The notes beneath the pieces are model-generated. The model searched no databases and was not told the origin of the DNA. It saw only the letters and a list, made by a program, of their open reading frames with translations. A stretch of 64,000 nucleotides of DNA from an uncultured Armatimonadetes bacterium (GTDB lineage: Bacteria; Armatimonadota; UBA5829; DTJY01), in assembly GCA_963717145.1 (NCBI GenBank), contig OY970325.1, forward strand, positions 2,816,001 to 2,880,000. The letters run 5' to 3'. Within the stretch, counting starts at the first letter, position 1. Each line of letters opens with the position of its first letter. A program made the translations under genes and the position numbers. Shown in pieces: positions 1 to 10,605 of this stretch.

Positions 1-78
1 TGTGCCCGGTAATCCCGAACACAACACATCAACCTTCGGGATTACCGGGCACAAACCATCCCGGCAAATCCCTCCTAC
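1..78. repeat. Palindromic REP-like element, family A (truncated by window edge)
   Basis: TGTGCCCGGTAATCCCGAA...TTCGGGATTACCGGGCACAAACCATCCCGGCAAATCCCTCCTAC; homologous to 2437-2535 and 20357-20458. Confidence 0.9.
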
Positions 79-1623
79 TCACGTTTTCGGGCCTCGCTTG
101 CCTGGGAAGTTTGGGGTGAAGATGATCTTCTCCTTGCGAATCTGAAGCTTCCCATCCTTCACGAACCGCTCGTCGCGCTCGGAGAAGTGCTTGACCAGCT
201 CTCGCCGCCAATACTTGAGTGTGTTGGCATGGTCGGAATCGGCTGACAAGTCATGAAGCTCGCCGGGATCCTTATCCAAGTCGAAAAGCTGCTCGCTTCC
301 GTCGAAGGCGTAGAAGACGTATTTCCAGCGGCCGTCGGTCAGCCCGGCCCAGTTGTTCTCGTTGCTGTAGCAGACATCATGCTCGATGTCGATGTACTTT
401 CGCCAGCCGGAAGTCTCGCCCTTGATCAGCTCTAACATGCTGTCACCATCGACGCTCTCGGGAATCGGCGCGCCGGCCGCATCGAGGAACGTCGGCAGGA
501 CGTCGCGCAGTTCGACCGGCTGAGTGATCTTCTGCCCGCGTTTGGCCTCGATCCCCATGTCGCGTCCCCAGCGGACCAGCATCGGGACGTGCGCCGAGCC
601 CTCGTAGGGATACGACTTCCGCCAGTGATGATGGTCGCCGAGCATGTCGCCGTGATCGCAGGTCCAGACGATCAGCGTGTTCTCCAGTTCGCCCTTCTCT
701 TCGAGAGCCTTCAGGATGCGGCCGACCTGCTCGTCGATGAACGTGACCGAGCCGTAGTATCCCCGCCGCGACTTCTTCGCCTGCTCGATGCCGAAATCCC
801 CGTGCCACGAGGTGAGATTCTCTGAGTCGCCTTCCGCGTACTTCCCGGCCCAGTCGCCGACGTAGGGCTCGGGCATGTCGTCCTCGTCATACATGTCCCA
901 GAACCGCTTCGGCGGATCATAGGGGCTGTGAGGCCGTGCGAACGAGACTTGCAGCATGAACGGCTCATGTCTATCGTATTTCTCGATCCAGTCCACAGCC
1001 GTGTCGCCCATCCAGCGCGTGGGATGCAGTTCCTCCGGCAGGACGTACTGCCGTGACTGGTATTCATTCCAGCCGACGCCGGTCGCGTCGGGATCGAGAT
1101 CGGGCGCTTTCTTCTTGAACCACTGCCGGTAGTCGCTCACGAAGTCCGGACTCCATGCGCGGCCCGACTCATCGAGCAGCGCTCCCTGGAAGCCGTGAAG
1201 GTTCCGCTGAGGGTTGTAGTGCAGCTTGCCGATATTGAACGTGTAGTACCCGGCATCGTTGAGGGCGCGCGGCATCTCGAACGGATACCGCTCAGCGACC
1301 TGCCCGTACCCGATCTGCCCGTGATGCCAGGGCGACTGGCCGGTCAGGAGTGCGGCACGTGCAGGGATGCAGGTCGGCGCCGTGCTGTAGGCATGGGTGA
1401 AGTTCGCGCCTTCCCGGGCGATCCGGTCGAAATTCGGCGTCTTGATGACCTTGTTGCCCGCGCATCCGATGCAGTCCCACCGGTGCTGATCGGTCATCAG
1501 GAACAGGATATTCGGTTTCTTCCTCGCGGACGTTCCCTCAGCCGCGAAAGCGCCTGAGGACAATGCCGCCAATCCCACCCCCGCCATCTTCATAAACTCT
1601 CTCCGTGTCGCCTTGCCACTCAT
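79..1623 (-). CDS. Arylsulfatase/choline-sulfatase-like sulfatase with Tat signal
   Basis: PNILFLMTDQHR, CIPAR (CxPxR) motif, GKLH, DHGDMLGDH; twin-arginine TRREFMK; the ORF extension to 1668 runs through an ACTCAT hexamer repeat. Confidence 0.92.
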   Translation of the reverse strand: MSGKATRREFMKMAGVGLAALSSGAFAAEGTSARKKPNILFLMTDQHRWDCIGCAGNKVIKTPNFDRIAREGANFTHAYSTAPTCIPARAALLTGQSPWHHGQIGYGQVAERYPFEMPRALNDAGYYTFNIGKLHYNPQRNLHGFQGALLDESGRAWSPDFVSDYRQWFKKKAPDLDPDATGVGWNEYQSRQYVLPEELHPTRWMGDTAVDWIEKYDRHEPFMLQVSFARPHSPYDPPKRFWDMYDEDDMPEPYVGDWAGKYAEGDSENLTSWHGDFGIEQAKKSRRGYYGSVTFIDEQVGRILKALEEKGELENTLIVWTCDHGDMLGDHHHWRKSYPYEGSAHVPMLVRWGRDMGIEAKRGQKITQPVELRDVLPTFLDAAGAPIPESVDGDSMLELIKGETSGWRKYIDIEHDVCYSNENNWAGLTDGRWKYVFYAFDGSEQLFDLDKDPGELHDLSADSDHANTLKYWRRELVKHFSERDERFVKDGKLQIRKEKIIFTPNFPGKRGPKT

Positions 1624-1720
1624 ACTCATACTCCTACTCATACTCATACTCAAGTCCGGGCCAAACATTGGCGGCTATATCCGAAAGCTCGCCGAAATCC
1701 GATGGGCCAATGCTTCGCCC

Positions 1721-2407
1721 CTACTGGAACACCTTGCCGATCGTATGGACCACGTCGGTATAGAAGTTCCCGCCGAACTGCCGGAATACCTGGAACTTCA
1801 TGTCCGGACTCCCGACGAACGGCCGAAGTATCCACGCCATCTGCGTCCCCACGAACGCGTAGATGATGAACCAGAACTTGAGCAGCGTTCGATAGGTTGC
1901 CGCATTTCCGCCGGCAATGGTATTGACCGCGCCTCCGACTATCGCCAGTCCCGCGCCCGCCGATATCGCGAAGAAGATCACGTTCAGCAGCTTAATGAAC
2001 GCGTACTGCCTGGCCGAGAGCATGAAGAACGCCGTGATCGGCGCGAACGAGGCGAGCAGCACCGTCGTCACCAGGAAACTCGCCATCAGGACGCCCATCA
2101 ACTGGCGTATGGAAAGGCTGCTCCCGAGCAGCGCGCTCACCACGTACAACGCGGGCAGACAGATCGCCAGCGTCAGCATGAAGAGGCATGGTACCTTGAT
2201 GGCGCTCGCGATGGCCTGCTTCCATCCGTCGTGCGCCGCGATGTTCGACGAACCCATGACGAACCCGTAGAACGCCGAGAGAATGACATTGGCCAGCGCC
2301 GCCCGGCCGATCGGCCAGGCGTCCTTTGTCTTCAGCGCCATCCAGATGCCTGGCCGCTCCCTGAGCGCCTGCTCGAGCATCTTACTCGTAGTGATCCCAT
2401 GGTTCAT
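1721..2407 (-). CDS. Polytopic membrane protein (Yip1-like), about 5 TM helices
   Basis: Hydrophobic segments, C-terminal QMAWILRPFVGSP; start placed at MNHG because the ORF further upstream runs through a palindrome. Confidence 0.7.
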   Translation of the reverse strand: MNHGITTSKMLEQALRERPGIWMALKTKDAWPIGRAALANVILSAFYGFVMGSSNIAAHDGWKQAIASAIKVPCLFMLTLAICLPALYVVSALLGSSLSIRQLMGVLMASFLVTTVLLASFAPITAFFMLSARQYAFIKLLNVIFFAISAGAGLAIVGGAVNTIAGGNAATYRTLLKFWFIIYAFVGTQMAWILRPFVGSPDMKFQVFRQFGGNFYTDVVHTIGKVFQ

Positions 2408-2436
2408 TGTCGTTACTCCGATCGTCGGATGGTATT

Positions 2437-2535
2437 GTAGGAGGGATTTTCCGGGATGGTTTGTGCCCGGTAATCCCGAACGCATCTTCATTCGGGATTA
2501 CCGGGCACAAACCATCCCGGAAAATCCCTCCTTAC
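2437..2535. repeat. Palindromic REP-like element, family A
   Basis: GTAGGAGGGATTTTCCGGGATGGTTTGTGCCCGGTAATCCCGAA-loop-reverse complement; GTAG end. Confidence 0.92.
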
Positions 2536-4891
2536 TCCCACTTCGGCATTACCCAGCAATATGCCGTATACTTCATTTCGCTCCACCCGAGTTCCGGGAG
2601 CGGATGCCCCGGGAACAGGGGCGTCTCCACCGGCACAAACTTCACTCGCACTCGGACCGCCGACTTCCCCTCGGTGAGCTTCCGCGGGACGATGAACTCG
2701 TCGTCACGGAACCGCCGGTTCGACTCGATGATGTTGTGCTCCGCCGGGCCGGTCTCCTCGCGGGGGAACGAGTGGACGCAGGTGTTCGATCCCGCGAGAT
2801 ACCACGTCCCCGCGCGCTTCCAGTCCGACTTCCCGACCTCGGCGACGTAGACCTCCGCGCGTTGGTTTGGGTACGAGTAGTCGAGCTTCCTTCGAAGGAG
2901 CACTCCGTGGTTCTCAGTACCAACTTCAGCGTGAACTCGGACGATCCCTTCGTGACGCGGCCGATGTCCGTCTCGGCGGGGTATATCTCCTTCTCATGAA
3001 GCGTATCCGGCCCCCACTCGTAGCGCGAGGTCACCTCGATCGTCTCCGATGCATCCGACGATAGATAATCGTGCGCCTTCTCGCTCTCGGTGTCGCCGAT
3101 GTCCAGTTCGTCGGTCTTGATGAGCGACGGACTCGGAAGCCCGTACCAGTATGCGACCGTCCGATAGTGCTCGACGGAGTCGTTGACAGCTCCGTGCTCG
3201 AACTGGATGCGCGCGTTCTTCCCGAACGGCATCAGGTCGGCGAGGAGGAAGCGATACTCCGAATGGATGAGGTCCTCAGGGCACTTCGCCTCCTCGGGTT
3301 TCCGAGCGCCGACGGGATGGCCTGCGAGCGGGAGCGTCATCGTGCGGCCGCCCCAGTAGTCGCCGCCGCCACCCCATTCCTCCGTGCCCGTGCCCTGCGC
3401 CTGGGGAGTCCGGCTGTCGTCGAAGAAGAAGCGCGGATCGCCTTCCAGCGTGTTCAGGACCGCGCGGTCGGTGAAGATCAGGCTCGTGCCGACGAAGCTC
3501 CCCGACCAGTCGCCTCCACCCTCGCTCTCCCGCGTGTCGAGCAGCACGAGGTCCTTCCCCGGCTCAGGCGTCGGGTGATCGCGGTACGTCGCATGGAAGT
3601 ATCCCACATGATTCGGCGGATCGTTGAGCGGCTCGTAGCGCACTTTCCACCGGATATCCGGGATGTCCGCCGATTCGATCCCCACCAATTCGATCTTCGC
3701 CGACTTGAAGAACGGCATCGGGAAGTAGCACGCCATGTGGATGCGCCCACCTACCGTTGGGGCAGGAGTTGTACTCCTGCCCCCGGGACTAGCATCGGGA
3801 GTTGAACTCCCGCTTGGTGGCGGGGGAGAGAGTGCAACTCCCTCCCCAACATCATACCGCACGTTGATCGGGAAGCCCTTGAGCAGGTACTCCTTGTCGT
3901 CGCGGTTGTAGAACGTCCCCGTGCCGAAGAAGAGCGCGAGCGGCGCATCGACCGAGGGATGCTCTCTTCCATCCCAACTTATCTTCACCCTGGCGTTAGA
4001 GAGCGCGACCGCATGCTCTTTCGGCGCGGAGAACTCGATCGCGCGGATCATCCTGCTCCCGGCCAGTCGTACCACCCTCACCGTATCGCCCTTCGGGAGA
4101 TCGAGCGAACCGGAGAACCCCTCCCCAGCCCTCCCCGCAACGGAGCGGGAGCAGCTCTCGGGCTCAAGGGAACTCAGAGCAGATTCGGGAGGGCACGGGG
4201 TGGACTCCCTCTCCGTTGCGGGGAGGGCTGGGGAGGGGTTCTCCGGAGCTTCTCCCGCCTTCGAGAGCAGATCGAGCACATCCGCGGCCGGCGGAGTCTT
4301 GCCATCCCACGACTCGATCGGCTGGGAGAGGTTCGCGCCCGGATCGAAGAGGTGATAGATGTAGTAGCCCGTCCCATAATGCGTGCGGCCGTACGCCATG
4401 CGGAACGAGTCCTCGAACGGGATCGGCACCCACATCAGGTCCGCGCCCTTCGTCGTCGCCCACGTCCATGTCAGCGGGTTGGGGAAGAGGTTCTCCGGCA
4501 GGAAGACCGAGCCCTCGACCGGCTTCGTCGGGTCCGCGGTGCTCGACTCCTGCACGATGTGGTCGGCCCCGTCCACCTCGTAGTGCCACGGACTCCCGTG
4601 CCAGTGGTTGGTCCGCACGAAGTAGAGGACCCCCGTACCCAGGACATCGAGCGTCACATTCCGATCCTCCGCGAGCTGATAGAGGAAGTGGCTCGCGTCG
4701 GCGGTCCGATTGCCGCCCGTCCGATCGTAGGTGCTGCGCATATACGCCCGTACCCCGATCCGCTGGTAGGGCCACATCTCCCACATCCGGTAGGCATCAA
4801 GCCCCACCGGCACCACCGGCATATCATCCTTCGCCCCGCCCCCGCTCGATAGCAAGGCGACTGCCAGAACAACAAGCAGTACACTCCCCAC
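2532..4891 (-). CDS. Secreted DUF2961-type (GH172-like) protein, frameshifted near 2918, with two in-frame palindrome insertions
   Basis: STYDRTGGN, LEGDPRFFFDD, GTGTEEWGGGGDYW, YRFLLAD motifs; ORF 2642-5047 continues in ORF 2532-2903 (ENHGVLLRRKLDY) after a 1-nt shift. Confidence 0.75.
3756..3850. repeat. Inverted pair of GTTG-ended REP-like hairpins (family F) inside a CDS
   Basis: GTTGGGGCAGGAGTTGTACTCCTGCCCC ... GGGGAGAGAGTGCAACTCCCTCCCCAAC. Confidence 0.7.
4110..4246. repeat. Palindromic element, family C, inside a CDS
   Basis: CCGGAGAACCCCTCCCCAGCCCTCCCCGCAACGGAG...CTCCGTTGCGGGGAGGGCTGGGGAGGGGTTCTCCGG; homologues at 20465, 50406, 61812. Confidence 0.92.
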
Positions 4892-5138
4892 TCCGCAGTC
4901 TACACTCAGCACTCTGCGCCTCCCCGCTCTGCATTTCACACTTCCCTGACTCCTTCGCTGCTTCGCTTGCCGACTCCTTCTGCCAGAGCAGAGCAGTGCG
5001 TGTTGACGCCGGCAGGAGAACCGGTTATCATGGACAGGACAAGCCAAAGATCGGCAGCGAAGTTCTCTTGCCGGGGCGGAGAATCCTCAGTGTCTACGCC
5101 CGCAGATCGACAAACTCGGAGTCGAAGGAGGAACTACC

Positions 5139-6014
5139 ATGAAGTGCCGAATGCCAATCGCTCTCATCGCCGGCCTGATCACTATCAGCCTGGCCGCTCC
5201 AGCGCTGGCCTCACCGCCCACCACGGATTCCATCGCCGCAGCTCTGAAGTCGCAGGCCGACGCCTGTGGTCCTTCCCTGGATGTCACCTACAAGTGGGGG
5301 GCATGGGCTCCGGCGGTGAGTTCGATCGGAGGCGACCGGACCACCGCCCGCTACGTCCGAACACCCACCATGCTTCTCATGCAGGAAGCCTCCGACTTGC
5401 CGACGGACCCGAGCAGAAGCGTCTACAACAGGACGACGAAGGAATTGCGGACGATCGCCATACCAGTCAACAAGGCCGAGCCGACCGGATCGATAACACA
5501 CGGAGAGATCAGCTCTCTCTCGACGGATCAGATGGTCGATGTGGTCTACTACCCGCTGCTGGGCGTACCGCTCATCGAGCGCATTGCCAAGGGTGTCGCA
5601 GCCGAGAGTCAGGACATCGTCGGCGGACGACGGTGCTGGCGTATGGATATCCCCCGGGAGGCGGCGGACACGAACCACGGCAACGCCGTAGCCTTCAGCG
5701 TATGGCTGGACCCAAGCGTCGGGATGTGCCCCCGGCTGATAGTCGAACGGTTCTACCGTGGCGACGAGGTGACCTGGGTAGCAACAACGCGGTTCCACGG
5801 CTATAGATCGCTGGGGAATGGAGTCTTCATGCCGATGGAGCAAACCATCTGCTACAACGGCGATACAGCCAAGGCGCTGAAGCTCACGGTGGAGAAGGTT
5901 TCGATCGGGAAAGAGATCCCCGAGAGCGAGTTCATGGTAACCTTCCCGTCCGGGACAAGGGTCTTCACCTTCGACGAGAGTCGGGGCAAGCCCAGGTGGT
6001 CCACAGTCAAGTAA
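5139..6014 (+). CDS. Secreted hypothetical protein, possibly LolA-like fold
   Basis: AGGAGG RBS, signal peptide, VWLDPSVG and C-terminal IPESEFMVTFPSGTRV pattern. Confidence 0.65.
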   Translation: MKCRMPIALIAGLITISLAAPALASPPTTDSIAAALKSQADACGPSLDVTYKWGAWAPAVSSIGGDRTTARYVRTPTMLLMQEASDLPTDPSRSVYNRTTKELRTIAIPVNKAEPTGSITHGEISSLSTDQMVDVVYYPLLGVPLIERIAKGVAAESQDIVGGRRCWRMDIPREAADTNHGNAVAFSVWLDPSVGMCPRLIVERFYRGDEVTWVATTRFHGYRSLGNGVFMPMEQTICYNGDTAKALKLTVEKVSIGKEIPESEFMVTFPSGTRVFTFDESRGKPRWSTVK

Positions 6015-6078
6015 TACCGCGATGGCTCGGGGGAGGTCCCCGAGCCATGTCTTCTTCATTCCGCATGCTCCTTGACTC

Positions 6079-7233
6079 CTACTTGTTCTTCATCCATGCC
6101 CTGGTGAGCACTTTCATCCGATCCGTCACGACACCGCCGTCTGCAACTGCGGACTCAGGCGCATCGGCGGGGAACGTCGGGTTCCAGCCGTTCCAGTACC
6201 CGTAGCAGTGATATGTCCAACTGAAATGGTGCTTCTCGAAGATATCGATCACGTCCGAGAGCCACTTCGCCGCGCCCGGCGCCCAGCGGATGACGCCGAA
6301 CTCCCCGACGAAGATCTTCACGCCATACTTCTTCTGAAACTCGATCGCGGGTTTCATGGAATCCTCGATCGCGCCCTTATCCCAATACATCGGCGTTGAA
6401 CTCTCGAACATCTGCAGCGTGCCGGGATACGGCTTGTGCTCGAACTTGTCGCCCTTGTACGTGTAAAGGCCCTGATGCGTGTAGCTGTGCGGGTAGTAGA
6501 AATGGAAGGAGTAGATCGCTTTCGGGTCTTTCACCGGCGTGAGAGTCGGAGGAAACGCTTGATCGGGGAGCGCCCACGGCGCGGTCTCGACAATCACGTA
6601 CGTGTTCCGGTCGATGGCGCGCACCCGTTTGATGAGCTCAGGAAGGGCCTGTGTGTACCAAAGATCAATCTCGTCCTTTGTGTTCGGCTCGTTCAGAAGA
6701 TCGTAGCCGAGAAGCCACGGATGATTCCCGAAGTTTCGCGCAATGTATTCCCAGAGCGCGATAAGTCCCGGATAGCAGCTTCCCTGACTCGTCTCGCGTG
6801 ACAATGCATCGGTCGAGCGCCCAACGACGCCACCCGCCACGGGAATGACGTAGATGTGATACTTCTCCGCTAGGGCGAGCGCGATCTTCAGGCCCTCGAG
6901 GTTCTTCTTGTAACGCGCGACCGGATCGTCTGCCGATGCCGACGATGAATCTGGGTCAACATCGATCCACAGGCGGATCACATTGATGTTCCACTTCTTG
7001 AACTTGTTGAACGTCTCTTCGTCGAGGAAAACCGGATCGCCGGAGGGCGTGTAGGAATAGGTCTGGAATCCGCGCAGCGGATCAGTCGGCCATACCTTGT
7101 CCTTGCGACTCTGTTCAAGTGGTTTCGACACGACTTCGGCCGCCTCCAGCTTCCCAGACTGCATGAGACACAGGAACATAGCCGCGAACAGAGCGCAACT
7201 CAGTGCCTGCCTTATGCCATCCGGGATTCTCAT
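6079..7233 (-). CDS. Glycoside hydrolase family 5 (cellulase-like)
   Basis: INVIRLWI, YDLLNEP (acid/base), YSFHFYYP, IFVGEFG (nucleophile). Confidence 0.88.
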   Translation of the reverse strand: MRIPDGIRQALSCALFAAMFLCLMQSGKLEAAEVVSKPLEQSRKDKVWPTDPLRGFQTYSYTPSGDPVFLDEETFNKFKKWNINVIRLWIDVDPDSSSASADDPVARYKKNLEGLKIALALAEKYHIYVIPVAGGVVGRSTDALSRETSQGSCYPGLIALWEYIARNFGNHPWLLGYDLLNEPNTKDEIDLWYTQALPELIKRVRAIDRNTYVIVETAPWALPDQAFPPTLTPVKDPKAIYSFHFYYPHSYTHQGLYTYKGDKFEHKPYPGTLQMFESSTPMYWDKGAIEDSMKPAIEFQKKYGVKIFVGEFGVIRWAPGAAKWLSDVIDIFEKHHFSWTYHCYGYWNGWNPTFPADAPESAVADGGVVTDRMKVLTRAWMKNK

Positions 7234-7243
7234 CGGCCTCCCC

Positions 7244-8242
7244 TTATCCCTGCATCCGCAGCAGGACTTTCGCTGTCTTGCCCGCTGCAAACTCCGCATA
7301 GGCCTTTGGAGCTTCATCGAGGGCGTAGGTGTGGGAAACCAGGTCCCGCACCCTCAATCCGTCTCGATACAGTCTCAGCATGTCGCCGAACTCGTGGAAG
7401 TGATAGAACCAGGAGCCAAGCGCAGTGATGTCGCGGCGAATGAAGTCCTCGCTCGGCGACAGCGGGATTTCGGGCTGCTCCCCGTTGAAGACAACAGTTC
7501 CGCCCTTTCGAACAACGGCGAAACACTGCTTTGCGGTCTCCGGTTTGCCCGCAGCTTCGATGGCGACGTCAACTCCCCGGCCGGCGGTGATCTCCATGAT
7601 CTGCGGCACAACATCCTCCTGCCCTGCAAGGACGGTCCATCTCGCGCCGAGCTTTCTCGCATAGTCGAGGCGGTATTCCGAGAGGTCCACAGCCACCACG
7701 CGCCGCCCGAGATAGGTCTGCAGAAGAACGTTCCCCAGCCCGATCGGTCCCACGCCGAGCACGGCAACCGTATCGATGTCGTCGCGCAGAATCCGTGTCG
7801 ATGTATGATATGGCACCCCAAGACCGTCGCCGCTCAGCAGGACTCCCACTTCCCACGGCACGTCGTCCGGCAGAATCTGGCAGGCGCGGGCAGCCACAAC
7901 GAACTGCTCCGCGTGCATGTTTGCATAGAACTTGAAGTCGTTGCACCAGGTATACCGGCCGCTCGCACAGTGGGAGCAGCATCCACAACCGGCAATCGCC
8001 GATGCGCCCACTCGCTGCCCGACTTCGATCCCAGTCACGTTCTCGCCGACACGGATGACCACGCCCGCCGCTTCGTGCCCCATGTTGCCGGTCGCGATTC
8101 CATCGCCCCTGTAATCGGGCAGTTCGCTCCCGCATATCGCCGATACAGCGGTGGCAACAACCACTTCGCCCGGACCCGGCTCCGGTTCCGGCATGTCAAC
8201 GATTCTTACGACGCTCTTACCGTCAGACCTAACGCATTTCAT
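7244..8242 (-). CDS. Zinc-dependent medium-chain alcohol dehydrogenase
   Basis: ICGSE, GHEAAG, CGCCSHC...C structural Zn site, GVGPIG. Confidence 0.92.
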   Translation of the reverse strand: MKCVRSDGKSVVRIVDMPEPEPGPGEVVVATAVSAICGSELPDYRGDGIATGNMGHEAAGVVIRVGENVTGIEVGQRVGASAIAGCGCCSHCASGRYTWCNDFKFYANMHAEQFVVAARACQILPDDVPWEVGVLLSGDGLGVPYHTSTRILRDDIDTVAVLGVGPIGLGNVLLQTYLGRRVVAVDLSEYRLDYARKLGARWTVLAGQEDVVPQIMEITAGRGVDVAIEAAGKPETAKQCFAVVRKGGTVVFNGEQPEIPLSPSEDFIRRDITALGSWFYHFHEFGDMLRLYRDGLRVRDLVSHTYALDEAPKAYAEFAAGKTAKVLLRMQG

Positions 8243-8321
8243 CTGATGCTTCTCCGCTACTCATGCCTGCCCCGCTTCTCCCAGGACGACCACACTCCCA
8301 CACTCCCATACTCCCTTTCGC

Positions 8322-9923
8322 TCAATGCCCGGCGTCGGTGGGGATGTACTTGACCCGGAGGAGATCGGCGCCTCTGCCCGCCAGGAACTCGATTGCCCCA
8401 TTTGGATGGAAGATGGGGCCATTCTGCACAACGACGTCATACGCTCGCAGCGGCACTCCGTTTGCATGCACTACCCATCTCCCACCACCCAACGCAGCAT
8501 AGAAAACCTGCTTGCCATCCGGGCTGAAAACCGGTGTACCAGCCGCGATGCGGTCATATTCCAGCCCCAGCCTGCCGTCCACGATGACGAGCCACTTCGC
8601 GCCGTTCTGGGCCGCATAGGCCACCCGCTTGCCGTCCTGACTGAAGATCGGGTCTCCCACCGCTATGGCATCGTATGCCGGTCCTTCCTGCCCGTCCAGA
8701 ACGAGATGCCACTTGTCGCCTTTGAAGGCACCGTAGGCGATCCGGCCATCGGGGCTGAACTTCGGACTGCCTTCTGCTATCCCGTCGCATTCCGGTCCGG
8801 GCTGCCCGTCGAGGACAATGCGCCATTTGCCGTCTTTCTTGGCACCGTACGCCAAGTGCTTCCCATCGGGACTGAACCTGGGGTTGCCCTCGAGGATATC
8901 GTCGTATTCGGGCCCTGGCTGCTCATCCAGGACAACGAGCATCTTCTCGCCTCTCCAGGCTGTGTATACGATATGCTTGCCGTCCGTACTGAAGATAGGA
9001 TTGCCTGCCGCTATGTCGTCCCATTCAGCCCCCGCCTTGCCATCGACGACTACCCGATACTTCCCACCTCTCCGGGTTGCATATGCAAGACGGGCGCCAT
9101 CCGGGCTGAAACGCCAGGTGCTCTCTACGATAGCCTCGCAGAAGGGCCCCGGCTGCCCGTCCAATACCATGAGTTGTCGATCGCCCTTCATGGCAATGTA
9201 TGCCACATGCTTGCCGTCGGGGCTGAACAGAGGCATCCCTTCGGCTACGCCATCCCATTCCTCTCCAGGCTTTCCATCCACAACGACCCGATGCTTTTCG
9301 CCTCTCAAGGCCACATATGCCATATGGCTGCCGTCAGGGCTGAAGACAGGGCTGTCTGCTGCCAGATCATCGTATTCGGGTTCAGCTTTGCCATCCAGAA
9401 CGACAAACAGCTTCTCACCTTTCCACGCTATGTACGCCACGCGCCTGCTATCGGGGCTGAATATGGGATGGCCTTCCATAATATCGTCACACTCAGCGCT
9501 GATCTTGCCGTCCACGACTGCGAAGCATTTCTCGCCGTCCGAGGCAGCGTACGCCACGCGCCTGCTGTCGGGGCTGAATTTCAGGCAGCATACACCGTCG
9601 TACTCCGGGCCCGGCCGGCCGTCGATAACCGCGAGCTGCTTCTCCCCACGCCCGGCAATGTATGCCAGGCGCTTGCCATCGGGGCTGAACGTCATGCCTT
9701 CCGGCACACTGTCGTACTCGGGTCCGGCCTTGCCGTCCCGGACTACGAGCCACTTGTCGCCGTGCGTAGTCGCATAGGCCAGATGGCAGCCATCGCCCGA
9801 AACCACTGCAGACTCCACGTCGCTGTGCACCAGGCCGAGAGGTGTTTCCTCGACCCTGTCTGCAAGACATGGGATGGTGAACAGCAGAGTGATGAAGACA
9901 GTGAGATGATATAGGAGTCTCAT
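8322..9923 (-). CDS. Secreted WD40/PD40 (TolB-like) beta-propeller repeat protein
   Basis: Signal peptide and about 13 repeats of ~39 aa (FSPDGKxxAYxAxxGxKxxVVxDG). Confidence 0.88.
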   Translation of the reverse strand: MRLLYHLTVFITLLFTIPCLADRVEETPLGLVHSDVESAVVSGDGCHLAYATTHGDKWLVVRDGKAGPEYDSVPEGMTFSPDGKRLAYIAGRGEKQLAVIDGRPGPEYDGVCCLKFSPDSRRVAYAASDGEKCFAVVDGKISAECDDIMEGHPIFSPDSRRVAYIAWKGEKLFVVLDGKAEPEYDDLAADSPVFSPDGSHMAYVALRGEKHRVVVDGKPGEEWDGVAEGMPLFSPDGKHVAYIAMKGDRQLMVLDGQPGPFCEAIVESTWRFSPDGARLAYATRRGGKYRVVVDGKAGAEWDDIAAGNPIFSTDGKHIVYTAWRGEKMLVVLDEQPGPEYDDILEGNPRFSPDGKHLAYGAKKDGKWRIVLDGQPGPECDGIAEGSPKFSPDGRIAYGAFKGDKWHLVLDGQEGPAYDAIAVGDPIFSQDGKRVAYAAQNGAKWLVIVDGRLGLEYDRIAAGTPVFSPDGKQVFYAALGGGRWVVHANGVPLRAYDVVVQNGPIFHPNGAIEFLAGRGADLLRVKYIPTDAGH

Positions 9924-10102
9924 AGTGTGTCCTTTCTCGCGGCCTCGATGGCTGGTTCTAAGACGGTTTGATGGCAGAGGGTTTCTTTCCTTCCAGGCGA
10001 GATCGTCGACGGAGTGGCCTGAGATTCGTTCAGGGCCAGGCCTACTCCCTCACCCCCGCCCATCTGAGCGATTCCTCCACGCTCCCATCCTCCATTGCTC
10101 AT

Positions 10103-10576
10103 CTATTCCACAGTCGTGTGAGGTGCTGCCCTCTCCAGGATTTCCACCAACTCCCAGAACCCGGAGATATAGGGGGCTATGTAGAAGCGCTCTTGCTTAC
10201 CATCGAACTTGTACTCCACCAACCCCCACAAGCCCGGCCCAAGCCGAGAGAAAGGGGGGCGCAGACTCGTGATCACAGAAACAACGCTGTCAAGGTCGAA
10301 AGTCCTATATCGACAATACCTATACAAAGAAATCGAGTGATCCTCGATCCTGATCTCAACAGGCAGTTGGGGCAAGTATCGCCTTGCGATCAGATAGACA
10401 CAGGCAAGCGTCGGCAGAGAAAACAACAGCGCGATTACGATGGCCAAGGGATCGCGCGTCCGGATCAGGAAGACTCCGCCGAAAACAGCCCCACCTGCAA
10501 TGATCAGGGGGTTGAACAGGGACATCGCCCTGTACTCTATCGAATATGCAAAACGCTTACATACGGGATTGTTCAT
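10103..10576 (-). CDS. Hypothetical membrane protein (2 TM plus small domain)
   Basis: Fills the gap between co-oriented genes; two hydrophobic helices. Confidence 0.55.
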   Translation of the reverse strand: MNNPVCKRFAYSIEYRAMSLFNPLIIAGGAVFGGVFLIRTRDPLAIVIALLFSLPTLACVYLIARRYLPQLPVEIRIEDHSISLYRYCRYRTFDLDSVVSVITSLRPPFSRLGPGLWGLVEYKFDGKQERFYIAPYISGFWELVEILERAAPHTTVE

Positions 10577-10605
10577 CTCCCACACTCCCACACTCCCATA
10601 CTCCC

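Noticed and set aside
7097-8353. 418-aa plus-strand ORF and similar long antisense ORFs (26610-28022, 30156-31517, 11426-12583)
   Set aside because: They overlap well-supported genes on the opposite strand, as expected in high-GC DNA.
8325-9914. 529-aa plus-strand ORF
   Set aside because: Antisense shadow of the beta-propeller repeat gene; no RBS or motifs.
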